DNA of 62,066 nt, counting the filler, from Hausera hauseri (Eukaryota), in the NCBI GenBank assembly GCA_046269625.1. It is 12 parts of 12 records of this genome, joined end to end, with 100 filler letters (N's around TTAATTAATTAA, not from the genome) between each part and the next. Parts side by side here need not be neighbours in the genome. Positions count along the whole stretch, not along the records: positions 19,208 to 23,429 come from JBJURY010691993.1; positions 23,530 to 29,697 come from JBJURY010131206.1; positions 29,798 to 33,852 come from JBJURY010790424.1; positions 33,953 to 38,061 come from JBJURY010755986.1; 8 more parts are not named here. The stretch is one strand, 5' to 3'. Below the pieces are notes generated by a model that saw only the letters and a list, made by a program, of their open reading frames with translations, did no database searches and was not told where the DNA came from. Positions 22,363 through 35,940 of the stretch are shown here, one piece after another; the stretch's first letter is position 1; each line of letters starts with the position of its first letter. Position numbers and translations under genes: made by a program.

Positions 22363-24489
22363 AAATCTCTACAAACAGCGGCAAAATTTAACATTTTCGC
22401 AACTTGTTCACTATTCACCCCCAGCCCCACCCCATCATAATTCATTCATAAAATGTCTTAAATTTAAGCTCTGACAATTTACTGTAAATTAAATGTCAAA
22501 GTTATAACTGCCCCGACCACCTGAAATCACTTCAATGTTTGTGGCCCCTGGACGGAGAATTTTGGTAATTGAATTCTACAATGTATGACTTGAATTTTTT
22601 TCATACTTGGTATTCCATATAGTTCAGATTCATTTTTCATTTAAATGCCATAAATATTGATAAATAAAAACAGCTCAATTATGAACTATATAGAATATTA
22701 AGCTAAATGGCCTAAAGGTCATTTTAAGGAAACCTATGCTCAACTCAATTCATTCCTTATTACATTACACTTCTATCATTAAGAAGTAAACAAAAAAAGT
22801 AAATTTTGAAAACATACAGGCTCCAATTCGTGAGGCAAATTTAATTCATCTAAAATGATCTCCGGCTGCGCCAATATCTCAGATTTCATTTCTGTATCCC
22901 AATCGTCCTGCCAAAGATCCTCAGTTTGACCTTGTTGGTCCTCAAAAGAAGACGTCGAATATAGCTACTTACATAATGAAATTATCATAAATATTCGGTA
23001 CTTTTTTGGGATTCTGATTAACTTCTCCCTTTTTCCCCCAATTCAATCTATCCGGTCTCATGGCCGAGCCATGTTGCTGTACAACATCATCAGCGGTAAA
23101 ACTAATAACAACTAAATACTCGATTCCGGTCGCCTTTAAAGGCTCCATCTTTACTCCACTTTTTCCAATGGTTCTCGTTCGTATACAAATTTTGACTGTA
23201 TGGACGTGCTGCGTTCTGGCCACGATTCAATTTCATTTCCACTTTCTGCCATGGAATATCTTGCGTATATGAGAAATCATCCGGATTTACGGTGAACCTT
23301 TCAGAATTGTTCAAATTTTCATTGGAATTATCACCACTTGCGTTGTTGGGTTTATTTGGACGGGTGTTTCTGAACTTACTACAAAGAAATTCAACGGGTT
23401 TAATTTCATGAGTTCTTTACGATTCACTCNNNNNNNNNNNNNNNNNNNNNNNNNNNNNNNNNNNNNNNNNNNNTTAATTAATTAANNNNNNNNNNNNNNN
23501 NNNNNNNNNNNNNNNNNNNNNNNNNNNNNAACAAACATAGTGCACAGTACAATCAACATGGACACACATACATTCATATATACATTATATAATTTTATTA
23601 TATATACAATTTATGTACATTTATGCACCCCCTATAACTCTTCCGTTGGGGTTTGACCGAATTCCCCAACCAGTCAATCTGGTTCCAACACCACAGCTGG
23701 CGAAAGGAAGACCGTAGTGATTCCGGGATACCGCATCCCCAAGGCACTCCGCCCAACGCACGCCCAAGCGGAAAACAATACCGACAGGCGTACTGCCTCG
23801 AAGGAGCAAACCCGATCAGAAGATCGAAAACAGAGCCCAGAGGGACACCATCTCCAGTGGAAAACGACGCCGCATCCGGGAGTGTCAAGCACCGTGCCGT
23901 TCTTATTCTGATTATCAGACGGTGCAAGAGTTGCTGCAGCGGAGCCGTTTCGTGCGGCACCTCAGCAGAATGCCCGAGAACAATCCGTACTGCCTACCTA
24001 CAGGACATCTTCGTAGGTTCTACGCCGATGGAGACAGCCGACGGTTGTTCGACTTCTCTGCCTTCTTGCCAGTCTTTATAAGACTTATGGCGGCAACAGA
24101 TCGGCTATTCGAGTCTATGGCTCCATCAGAGAGCCAGTTGATTCCTGACCGCCGAACCGCTGAGAAGCGGACGTCTAGGACAGTGAGCTCTAGCCCAGAA
24201 GAAGTTCCCATACCGCTCCGGCGACGCCGGTTGGAGCCGACAAGACTTGAACCATCATCAACTAATTTCAGTTTGGACGACATTCCGATTTGTCCGCGCC
24301 GAAATCCGAGGATTTACCCGGCCCTTTCCTCAACCGAGAATTCGTACGCTTAGGCGGACGATTTGCGAGAACTGAATAAATATTACTCTCATTGTTTTTT
24401 CGTCTTATAAGTGTTTGTTTCAGTTGTTTTATTCGACTGTGTTTGAATGTTTATCCTTTTTATATTTAAAAGTTCCATCCACAAAGAAG

Positions 24490-27400
24490 GAAAAACTACA
24501 ATGGTGGCAGCGAATACCGCACACACGTCTTTTTCTCACAGAACCGTACAGACTGGTTCGGGCATTTCGATAAACTCAGCCGTTGAAAACAATTCGGCTC
24601 AAACACCGCACACATCAGATGACAGGAGTGAAGCTAAAATTCAGAGTAGTGCCGTCGAAAACAATCCTGCCACAAATACTAACATCACTAAAAGTGATAG
24701 CACGAGACCCGCTAACCCTACGACTATCACAATGAGCAATTCCGAACAAGTGCTAAAATATCCTAGCACTGAGCCACGCACCTATATCGTAAAATCGGAA
24801 TACAAACCAGAGTATACTAATCGTGCCAAAATAGCACACATAACAAGCGAAAAGTCGCTACGCAACCACTTACCCAATCGTCAATCAATTGAAATCGCCA
24901 ACAAAATCCACAATGGTAAAATAACATCGACCGATAGTACTCCAAACGAAGTACAACTCATTGTACAAAATTGGCGTCGGACGAAAGCTCATCACTTTCC
25001 ACCTATCCTAGACATGTCGGGTATGCTGGAAGTTCTAAAACAACAATATCCCGAGCATACATTTTCCCCTAATGGAAAATTATTGCGTAAGAATAATTGC
25101 ACAATCAGGGCAATATTCACTTTAAACAGCACCATACTAGCGACTCCCAGACAAAAAGGAGGCGTCGATACTCACACGCCCGACAAAAAAGCCGAAACTG
25201 CATCATCAGCACCGGCCAAACCTCCCAAATTAGCATCTCCAACCTTCTTCATAAGTTCGGACGGAACTTCATTGAAGTGGTTCCATGTGTTTGAAACAAG
25301 GGCCACTCAATTCAGCATCAACGGCCAACTAAACAAGGCCTTAACACTTATACAATGCCTGCAGCCAACAACTCCCGCAGCAATAACGGATCTAAACACG
25401 TTACTGTCAGATGAAAAGCCCTTTGACAAAATCAAAGCAGCCATATGCAAAGCATAACTGCCATCCCAACAGGACCATTTCATCCTGGTCTTCACAAAGC
25501 GACATACATGGAATATAAAACCTTCTGGTCTGCTTCAAAAGTTACGCTCAGACTTGAGCAATGCTGAGTTGGACCTCCACACCAACAGGCACATGCTACG
25601 GCGCTACTTCCTAAGTAGTTTGCCCAACCAAATTCAAGCGGCATTTGTGATATTACCTCCCTATACCACTTTGGACGAAATGGCATGAAAAGCCGACAAA
25701 ATACATAAGTGCACTAAAGGCACCGTAGAATCCACACCAACGGAAAACATCCACTATGTAACAGCGACCAATCCAAATAAGCTGGACACCATTATTGCCG
25801 CACTGCAGGCACTTGTAACGCGCAACAATCTTCCAGCTATGGACAAACCGTCATCTCCGCCCCAATCCCCCAAGAGAAAGAAAGGCAAATTTTCCAAAAT
25901 CTGTCATTTCCACACACGATTTGGCGAACCCGCCTACAAATGATTTTATGGTTGTCAATTCGACAAGCCATTCGCAAATATAAAAATGCAAGACACTTGC
26001 ATTTATCACAAACATTTCAGTCCAGACGTAAAAATCTGTCGACCCGGCTGCAAATTTCACAAGCCATGGGTCCAGACGACCAATGGCACGTCGACTGGAA
26101 ACCCAATCACCACAACTGCTGTGCATAGATAGCGAACCCATTGTCGATGCTATTTTCACTCTCGAGGCGGAGCCACTACACTCTGACATCTCAAAACAAC
26201 TCGATTTTCTAATCGACACTGGTGCACCTTTATCGCTGATACCTAGCGCCTACGCTGGACCTACACTGGTCTCGCATGAATCGCTCAAAGCTGCCAATGA
26301 CACGAGTGTAGCAACCACAGGTACATTATATCTACAATTTCACCTACAATACCCACAATACGCTTGGTGATTCATATTGGCCGATGTCATGCAACCAGTC
26401 CTTGATTCTCACTTCCTAGATTACTACAATCTCATCGTTAATTGCCGAAATCAACAACTCACCTGCGGGAGCAATCCACAACCTCTACCGGCATTTATAC
26501 TAACCATAAACGGAGTCACCGGCATCAAAATCGGAAATCCCATTGACATCGCACCATTGCTGCAAGTGCAATACCCTAACCTATTGAAACGCTCAGCACA
26601 ACTCACAGAGAAAGAGGTGAAGACATCACACTTTCTCGTCACATCATGTGACCGACCGATTCGGCAAACCCGGAGGGAGCTTGACCCTGTCAAGAGAGCA
26701 GCCGCGGAAGCCAAATTTCGACACTTCGAAGAAACGGGCATTATACACCGCTCCACATCACTGTTGGCATCACCATTGCACATGGTTCCAAAAAAGGAGG
26801 GATCATACCGGCCTTGTGGTGACTATAGAAAGTTGAATAACGTCGCCATCCACGATTTATAGCCAACACCGTTGGTAACAGACATATTGCATTGCCTACA
26901 TAGTGCCGCAATATTCAGCACAATAAATCTGTAACGGGCATACCACCAGATCCCAGTGGCTACCGAAGACATTCCAAAAACGGCCGTAACAACGCCTGTT
27001 GGTTTTTTCGAGTATTTACGCATGCCTTTTGCTTTACGGAATGCAAGTCAAACATTTCAACGCCACATAAACCAAATCCTCATCGACATGCCTTATGCGA
27101 TCACATATATAGATGATATATTGATTGTATCATCCGATTAAGCGACTCATAAACACATCTCCAACATGTGTTTCATAGGTTGAATGAAAACAACCTACAG
27201 TTGAACATAACCTATGTTCATTCTTTAAAAATGAAGCCGTATTTCTCGGACTTCGGTTAACACCACATTGTCACAGTCCAGTTCCTGAGCGACTAGAAAT
27301 CATTAAACAAATACCGAAGCCATCCACAGTGACTGGACTTTGCAGCTTCCTTGGCACGATCAATTTCTGCCATCGCCACATTCCGCATTGCTCGGAAATC

Positions 27401-29400
27401 CTGTCAACTCTATCTGCTCTAAGCCAAGGACCCAAGAAATCCCAGGTAAATTGGACAGATAAGTCTGAACAGGCATTTTTCAATGCAAAAATGGCGCTTC
27501 TCCACCTACCTACACTGCACTATCCTAAACAAGATGCACCGTTTATCTTAACAACAGATGCATCCACAATCGCTGCAGGCGCCATGCTTGCCCAATCAAT
27601 CGATAGCAAAAATGCTCCCATTGAATTCTTTTCCCACAAATTCAATTCGGCTGAGCAACGCTATTCAACCTTTGACCGAGAATTACTAGCCATAATCCTC
27701 AGTGTCAAACACTTCCGACACTTCCTCGAAGGAAATGTGTTCACAATCCGTACGGATCACAAACCACTCATTCACATGATGAGTATGAAGAACCAATCCC
27801 CTCGTCAAGAGCGACACATCTCATTTCTGTCAGAATTTTCATTCCAGATAGAACACATAACTGGAAAAGATAGCACAGTTGCTGACTTCTTTTCCAGAAC
27901 TGGGATATCGACAATATCCTATGACCCAATTTTCACGGAAGAGGTTCTCCGATCGAACCCTCCAAATGAAGACGATGTTACGTTCTTCAAAACAGTCGAC
28001 ACAAAGAATGAAATACACTACAACACCATCCTCAATGGTTGTCCACGCCCAATTCTGGCAGCAAACCTATGAAAACAGGCGTTTGACACCATTCATAACA
28101 TCCATCACCCTGGATCAAAAGCCACAGCTCGCTTATTGAGCCGTAGAGTTTGTTGGCCTCGCATTCTAAGTGATATAAAGCAGTGGACGAAAGAATGTTC
28201 ACTTTGCCAACAATACAAAGTAAACAAGACTATACAACCCCCAATCTTACACTGTCCTACTGGCTCACGGTTTGAAACCATCCACATGTACATAGTAGGA
28301 CCACTTCCCGAATGTAACGGATTTCAGTATATCCTAACCATTCTGGACAGGAAAACAAGATGGCCCAAAGCCATTCCAATCCGCCAAATAACAACGCAAA
28401 GCGTTGTGACTGTATTGCTCAATACATGGATTTCTCGATTCGGAGTACCCAAAAACATTATAACAGATCAAGGTACCCAATTCGAGTCAGCCATTTTAAG
28501 CAATTAACCAAATCGCTTGGTTCAATGCATATTCACACATCTCCTTATCACCTGCAGGCAAATAGCTTGATTAAACGATTTCATCGTACACTCAAATCAT
28601 CCCTACGAATCCTATGCCACGAAAACAAGAATTGGCTGGAAGCCTAACCCATCTTGCTATTAGAATGGAGAAACACACCGAACAATAGCACTGATGCCTC
28701 TCCGGCACAACTATTATTTGGTGCCCACCTTACGTTCCCACAAGATCTGGTGAGCAACGAGGAAGTAACCTCAATCCCTGCTCTCAACCAAGCCGGGAAG
28801 CATTTCCTGTCAAATGACACGAACTCTGCATTCCACAACAATCACAAAAAACCAATAATTGCCCAAGAACCCACGAGATGCATCTTTTGTTTGGCTCAAA
28901 AGCCAATAGAAACACGGTTTTGAACCATACTATATGGGCCCCTACAATCTCATAGAAATCACTGAGCACAACACCAAAATACTGCGCAACAATGAGGAAC
29001 ATACAGTTTACTTGTCGAATGTAAAACCCGCATTCGACTATCACGATTCCAATACCGAAGATCCTATAGAACAAAGCATACCAAGTATGTCAAAAGCAGA
29101 CAAGCTTCGATAAAACTACGAGAAGATTGATCCATTCAGTATGGACACTCCCGTAGCATGTGACCCAACCCCGGTCCAAGCTGAAACAAATATTACCCCA
29201 ACGCCCATACTTCCGGAAACGGAACGTACGACCATACGTAGTCAAACTCCTGCCGCCCCAGTGTCGAGTCACACCAGGAGTGCATTCAAGATACCTCGAC
29301 TCCAATAAAACCCTACATTGACCAAGAAGCAAATGCCTGGTTGCATGTAGCGCAAATGCTGCACCAAAACAGGTAGGGTTCAAATCCAGTGCCGAACCGA
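24490..29400 (+). mobile_element. Decayed Ty3/Gypsy LTR retrotransposon (gag-PR-RT-RNase H-IN)
   Basis: Gag KPPKL..F..WF..FE and ICHFH.RFG; protease FLIDTGA; RT YRPCGDYR, MPF.L.NA and YIDD; RNase H TTDAS/DRELL/TDHKPL; integrase HH..CC, TDQG, RFHRTLK and YMGPY. Confidence 0.95.
24502..24512 (+). promoter_or_regulatory. Primer-binding site (tRNA-Leu type) just after the putative 5' LTR end ...ACTACA at 24500
   Basis: TGGTGGCAGCG one base after ACA, upstream of gag. Confidence 0.7.
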
Positions 29401-29797
29401 CACTCATTCATGATGTTTTTTAAAAGGCAACGAGTACGCTAGATGCAACCATCTCTGAAACCCTAGCGGGTGCAGGAGCACTAAAAAACGTCGGGGAAAG
29501 TCGGCAAAAAGGTGCCAATTCATCACGGGTGAAAAGTGAACAAGCGTCAAATTCAAGTTATATTGAATAAGTACCGATAGGAACAATTCAGACGACGAAT
29601 GCCAACAAAGATTACGTTCTCCCCAATTTAAATTTTAAAATGATTTCATTTAGAAATCTAAAAATGATTAATTTCGCTTCAAATTTCTGTGGAAAACNNN
29701 NNNNNNNNNNNNNNNNNNNNNNNNNNNNNNNNNNNNNNNNNTTAATTAATTAANNNNNNNNNNNNNNNNNNNNNNNNNNNNNNNNNNNNNNNNNNNN

Positions 29798-30000
29798 TCT
29801 TTGAAACAGTTATTATACACGGTTTCCGGTATAGCCTGCAAAGCCTACAGCAAATTCTCTTGGATGGCTTCTATTGACTCAAATCGATGTCCGCAAAGTG
29901 GTAATTTCAATCGAGGAAAAAGGCGAAGTCACACGGAGCCATATCTGGCGAATACGGCGCTTGTGGTACGATATTCATTTGATTTTTGATGAAATACGGA
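29798..30000 (-). mobile_element. Mariner transposase C-terminal fragment
   Basis: Minus strand reads FIKNQMNIVPQAPYSPDMAPCDF...RLKLPL.GHRFESIEAI, the mariner YSPDLAPxD signature. Confidence 0.85.
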
Positions 30001-30001
30001 C

Positions 30002-30306
30002 TGTCGTTGCAACGATAATACTGACATTGGGTTGAATAAAAGGAGAGTCAGGATTGATAACTTTATTTCTAACCTCAAAAACAAATTCTGTGAGTAATTG
30101 ATATTTTGAGCACAAACAGAAATAACGCCCAGTTACTAAATGGTAGGCACTAAATCGGAAAATTCAAAATTTTGTTGATAAATCAATTGTCGTAATTATT
30201 AATTTGAAACTTATATGAATAGATGTAAAAGTGTATTCACATAGTGGGGAAAATTTCCTCACCGATCCGCTAACCCCTACAGTGCAACCACATTTCAGGC
30301 ACTACA
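30002..30306 (-). repeat. Putative 3' LTR (305 bp) of the adjacent Ty3/Gypsy element
   Basis: TGT...ACA termini (tgtcgt / actaca), AATAAA inside on the minus strand, a G-run just upstream (30310-30314), and an end exactly where mariner coding begins. No second LTR is available. Confidence 0.6.
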
Positions 30307-33300
30307 TCACCCCCGTGGCAAAATGAAGACTATAAAGAAGGAAAAACAAACGTAGAATATCGTAAGAAAAGGAAGAGCTTGTACCTATTCGATTTTGGTA
30401 CGTGTCAGACGTTGGATTCCATCTATGAACTTCTCCCTACTGTAGGTGCTAAATGTCACTTGGCGTGACCTGTTAGATGCTGCTGGTGCTTGTGGAGTTG
30501 TTCGAGGGAGAGATGCTGTGGATTTTGTGGTGTTTTAGAAGGATGTTTCATCAAGAGGTGAAGGTGGAGAAGAAGCTCAAAGGGGAACAGGATCACGCGA
30601 AAAAGGCGAGACTGAAGATGGAAGCAAATCGTGCGATGAAGGTGAAATGGGTAGTGGGTGTGCAGGCGATGACGGCGAAGTAAGTGGTGAATGAGCACTG
30701 GACGATGACGGAAGTAAAAAGAACTTATTGTGACGCGATGGTGATTGCTGCGACGGCTCAAAATCATCGAGGAAATTAGATAATGGCTTGAGGGGAGCGA
30801 AAATAGCGTCAGGATTTGAAACAGGGCTGTTATCCTGGTCATATTCAACGAAAAATGCTGGCTTGAGATTGGAAATATGTACATTTTGAGGTCTATCCTT
30901 GCGTAAAATAGTAGCTTTCTGTGAAGAAAGGTTGAGTAGTTTGTAAAGGCCAACGTACTGAGGCCGAAAACCAGAAGGTGACGGATTCTTCAACCACACA
31001 AACTTGGCTGAGTATAAGTCTTATGGAATATAGGATTTGTCATTATTTATAAGGTAGCAAAATGCGTTTGAGTTGACATTTATAAAGGGGGACTGTGCCG
31101 CACGAATAGCTTCATTTGACGGACTTTCATCGAGATTGGAAAGCTCGAATAGGGCACGAATTTGTGTCCCAAAGTTAGCCCCAGCTGGAGCACAACTTGT
31201 GATGGTGGATGGCGTGTTGCGCCAACCGAGTAAGATAAAAGGAAGAATTGAGGTCCAATTATGGTTGTAGTTTGCCAAGATTTTTAAGGAAATCTTCATG
31301 GTGGGGTGAAATCTCTCAAGAAGACCATTTGCTTGGGGATGGTATGACGTCGTATGGAAATAAGCTATCCCCAAGTGCTTTACAAGAGATTTAAAAATAT
31401 CAGCTTCAAATTGCGGACCCTGGTCCGTTATGATGTGACGTGGTGAGCCAAAACGGCTGACCCATATCTTGATAAATCCATCTGCTACTGAGTCAGTGTT
31501 GGTTGATCGAAGCGGAACGACTTCAGGCCAGCGGGAAGCACGATCCATTATGGATAAGATATATTGATAGCCATTATCAGAAGGTAGAGGACCCACAAGA
31601 TACAAATGAACGGTATCAAAACGAGACGTGCAAGGGAAGTGATAAAGTGGTGGTTTGAGGTGTTTATGAACCTTATATTATTTACATGCCACACATTCTT
31701 TAATCCAGATCTGTACATCGGTATACATAGTTGGCCAAACAACGTGGCGTTGAAGTAGGCGAAATGTGGCTTTTGAACCTGGATGGTGAAGAGAGTGAAA
31801 GTGAGTGAAAGCTGTCTTTTGTAGCGACGAAGCAAGAATAATTTTTTTATTAGTCGAGATGGATGTGTCGTAGGCGATTCCATCGATGATCTCAACCGAT
31901 TTAAAAGCTTGAAAAATGTCAAATGATGGCTGATTGCTTCTCAGGGTTTCAGATAAAAAAATTGACTGAAATGTAATTGAGTTGACCGACCGCGAAAGAA
32001 AGTCTGCTACTAAATTCTCGGTGGCTGAAATATATTTCATGCAAAAACTAAATGTCGACAGGTATAATATCTGTCGTTTTTGTCTGGATGATGGCTGTTT
32101 CAAAGTCATGATATGAAGTAGAGGCTTGTGGTCTGTTTCTATGATAAATTGACGTGATAAAATCAAATGCTTGAAATGCTTTACGGCTAGAACTATTGAC
32201 AGGAGTTCACGATCGAATGTTGAGTATCGGCTTTCTAGTTGCGTAAGTTTTTGTGAATAGAATTCTAATGGCTTGTCAACACCCTTGTATATTTGGTGTA
32301 ATATCGCACCAGTGGCTGTGGTGGAGGCATCAGTAGTTAATATTAGTTCCGTGTTTGGTTTTGGAAAAGCCAAGATTTCAACGGTTTTCAGACTTTCACG
32401 AAGGCTATTAAATGTATTTACTAGATCGGGAGTCCAATAGATTTATTGTCTTTTCCTCCCGGATGAGAGGTGTGCAAAAGGTGCCGTTAGTTCGGAGCAG
32501 TGTGGCACGTATTTATGTGCAAAGTGCAGTGTCCCTAGAAGACTCTTCATGTCGGTAGTGGTGATTGGTAATGTCACATTTTTCAATTGTTGTAAGCAAT
32601 CAGGCTGGGGCGAATGACCTTCGGCAGTAATTCTGTGGCCTAAGAATTTGACGCGTTTCTGGAAGAAATTGCATTTGACGAAATTGATTTGCAAGTTGCT
32701 TTGATGCAATCTGTGGAAAATAATTCTAAGGTGCTCATGATGTTGTTTGATCGAGGTGGAAGCGACTAATATGTCATCTATGTATGGGTGAGCAAAGTCA
32801 AGAAATGAGAGAATGGTGTCAATGTGGCGCTGAAAGGTCTGAGATGCGTTACGTAGGCTGAATGGCATGAAGATGTATTCATAAAGGCCAAATGGTGTGA
32901 TAACAGCAGTTTTTGGAATATCATCAGGTGCAACAGGAATCTGATGGTAGGCCTTGTGCAGATCAATGTTAGAGTAGGTATTGGTGTTATTGAGGCTATG
33001 AAGAATATCCTTAATGAGTGGTAGTGGATAGGCATCTGTAATAGTTAGATTATTTAATTGGCGATAGTCGCCACATGGCCTGTAGGTACCATCTTTCTTT
33101 ACTACTACATGAAGAGATGCCCATGGAGAATTCGATCTCCGAACGATGCCAGACGTTTCCAGTTCATTAAATTCCTGTTCCACAGCTTTACGTCTGCGTG
33201 GCGACAAAGGTTTCGCCTTTTGTTTGATAGGCCTCTGATGCTCTATTACTATATGGTGATAAGTTTTGGATGGAGGCTTGAAGTTGACATCCCTTTTAAC

Positions 33301-33852
33301 TATGTGAAAGCAAGACGTTGTGACGTATGATTTAAGATTGGAGTCTAGAGATAAGAATGAATGAGGCATATCATGGGACAAGATAGTTGCAGTAATTGAT
33401 GAAGAACAACCGGCACTGCCACTGTCAATATTCAGTTTGGATTTGTGTTTTAAAATTGATTTGTGATTGTTATATTTGTTAGCATTTGACGATGTATCAG
33501 TATATTTATAGAAGAGTGCATTGAGGTGTTCGCTAGATTGTCTGCGAGACATATGTTTGGAATTGCTATCGACTTACTGCTTAGAAGACAGAAGTATTTG
33601 CAGTCGACCAATAGATCATGCGAGCAAGGAAATTTGAGTCTATTATGGGAGATTTAATATTGGCCACGTGGAACTTCCAGACAAACTTATCTGGCAAGTT
33701 GACGAATGTGAAAGTCCGTTCCGTGGTTCCTGCAACGTGCAACGGTTGCCCACTGGCAATGAAGAGCGGAGGACGGGAAATTATAGTGGATGTAGGAGTG
33801 AAGGACAAGGGAAGGAGTGAAAAGGCAGCTCCTGAATCTATTAGGAATTCGA
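30002..33852 (-). mobile_element. Ty3/Gypsy retrotransposon pol (PR-RT-RNase H-IN) with several stops, 5' end cut by contig
   Basis: Motifs FLIDSGA, YRPCGDYR, PYIDDIL, LTTDAS, TDHKPL, H..HH..CVAC, TDQGPQF, QANGLLERFH and YVGLY. Confidence 0.95.
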
Positions 33853-33973
33853 NNNNNNNNNNNNNNNNNNNNNNNNNNNNNNNNNNNNNNNNNNNNTTAA
33901 TTAATTAANNNNNNNNNNNNNNNNNNNNNNNNNNNNNNNNNNNNNNNNNNNNGTTGACCAACCATGTTATACG

Positions 33974-35940
33974 TTGCTAAATGTTAAATTTTCAAATTTT
34001 CATCAGTTACTTGGGCATATTGATATTAAAATATTGTTTCTTTTAATCAGTATTAAATTAGTTTGTACAAATGGAAATATTTTATCAGTCGTTTTGGATG
34101 CGAAATGGGAAAACACCCCGTTAATTGCCGAAGCCAGTGAATTTTTCATGAATGAATCACCAGAACTCTTTTGGAAATTCGTCAGTGAATTGAACAGTGT
34201 TCGTGACAAGTTAAGCATTGATAATAATGAATTGATAAATCATGAAATTATTACGAAAATTGCTAAAAAGCTTTTAAACTCAGGGCAATTGTCGATTTTG
34301 CAATTGTCATTGGCAATGAAATTGTATTCGTCAGCAGTAGAAATGAATCATCAGTTAGGTACTGATTTGAATTGTTCGGATTCTTTGATAGCGGCTAAAG
34401 TAGCCGATAGGGTTTTTTACGATTTAAACAGTTTAATTGAATTTATTTCTATCGGGCGAGATGCTTCTTTTCCCAGTCTTGGTTTGTATAGAACAGATAA
34501 GATATATCCAATTGTTGATTCAATATCTGATATGGATGTGTCCATTATGAAAGTCGTAATATATGGTGATCTCAGAGATAAAAGTTACTATGAATGGCAT
34601 AATGCAATATTTAAATTTGCCGAATCTCGAAAAATTTATTTTATTTTCCGACATCGAATTAAGGTTAGATACGGCAAAACAAGACTTAGCGGTTATGGAG
34701 TTGAATTAGCAATCAAAAGTACTGAATATAAAGCTGTAGATGATAACAAAGTTACCGGTGCTGGTAACGATGAGTCCACTAAGAAATCACAAAATAATAA
34801 ACAGAATTTCTCGCAGTATGACGAAGTTCAGGGTTTTGTATTTTCAAAATTGAAACAGTTACATTCAAATGCATCCGATGATTTGGATTCCTTTAAACAG
34901 CATCTGCTGAAGTCCGATTCGGAAATTAGGCCGCTAAAAGCCTGGCAAATTCAAGAGTTAAGTTTAAAGGCAGGTCAGTTTGTTATGAACTCTTTAGAAA
35001 CGAATGAGGCACTTGAAACACTTCGTGACGTTAGCCAGAATTATCCCGTTCGAACACATTATCTGTCGGAAGTTCCTGTTAGTCAGGAATTTAAAAATGA
35101 ACTTATAGTTAATCAGGCGGTTCTCGAACAAACGTTTGGACTTCAACCCGGACAGTCTCTAGTTACTTTTAATGGTTATGTGCTTTCACAGGATCTCGAT
35201 ATTTATGAAATATTGGATTTGGCACGTAGGGAAATGGGAGTAATGCAGCGGCTGCACAGTTTTGGTTTGCAAGGTGATCAAATTTCATCGATTATGAATA
35301 TTCAACATTCTGAAAGTGATTCAAATACTGGTAATCAATTTCTGTTGGACGATAGAAATGCTCCAGCTGTGTATGTGAATAACCTTGAGAAAGATAGTCG
35401 CTATTATTCATGGCCTAAATCAGTTCGTGATTTACTTACACCTACATATCCTGGAGTTATGAGAAGAATAGCTAAAAACTTTTTCAATGCCATTTTAGTT
35501 CTCGATCCATCACTTATTGAGAGCAGAGAATATGTTAAATTTGTTGAGGCTTTTGTCATACACAATGCACCGATTAGAATGGGTTTTTTGTGGGCAGTAG
35601 ATCCCAGTGAAAAGTTGGAAAACGCTCCTGGCAGAGCTTTGGTCAGAGCCTTCAATTTCGTTTCTTCAGAACGGGAAGATCCCTTAGCTGCTCTTAGTTT
35701 CATTACAGATTTCTACGCGATGAATGATGATGGTGAGCCAATTACCGTGCCTTTGGTTAAAGAGTATCTGAAGGAAAAGTATCCAGATGTGGACTTAGAC
35801 GTTACATTTGGGGAGATATCGGATTATGATGATAATATTAAGGCGTCGTGGAAATATTTGCAAGAGAGCGGACTGGCGAACTTGCCAAAACCATTAGTTT
35901 TGCTAAATGGCTTGCTCATCGATTCAAAATCTCTAAATGA
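33974..35940 (+). CDS. UGGT: UDP-glucose:glycoprotein glucosyltransferase N-terminal (TRXL) region; first part of a fused ORF
   Basis: Signal-like hydrophobic stretch, LDAKW..TP...EASEF, LSGYGVELAIKSTEYKAVDD and NNLEKDSRY..WP....LL.P.YPG. No GT24 catalytic domain. Confidence 0.92.

Noticed and set aside
22830-23429. DSS1/SEM1-like acidic motif (EDLWQDDWDTE) on the minus strand
   Set aside because: Too short to support. It may be an upstream GIGYF exon, but I could not build a confident splice model.
24447-24720. gag start at MFILF or MVAAN
   Set aside because: These codons overlap the LTR end and PBS. Recognisable Gag similarity begins much later (about 25220).
30456-30953. His/Leu-rich and antisense ORFs as separate genes
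   Set aside because: They are alternative frames of the low-complexity integrase tail.
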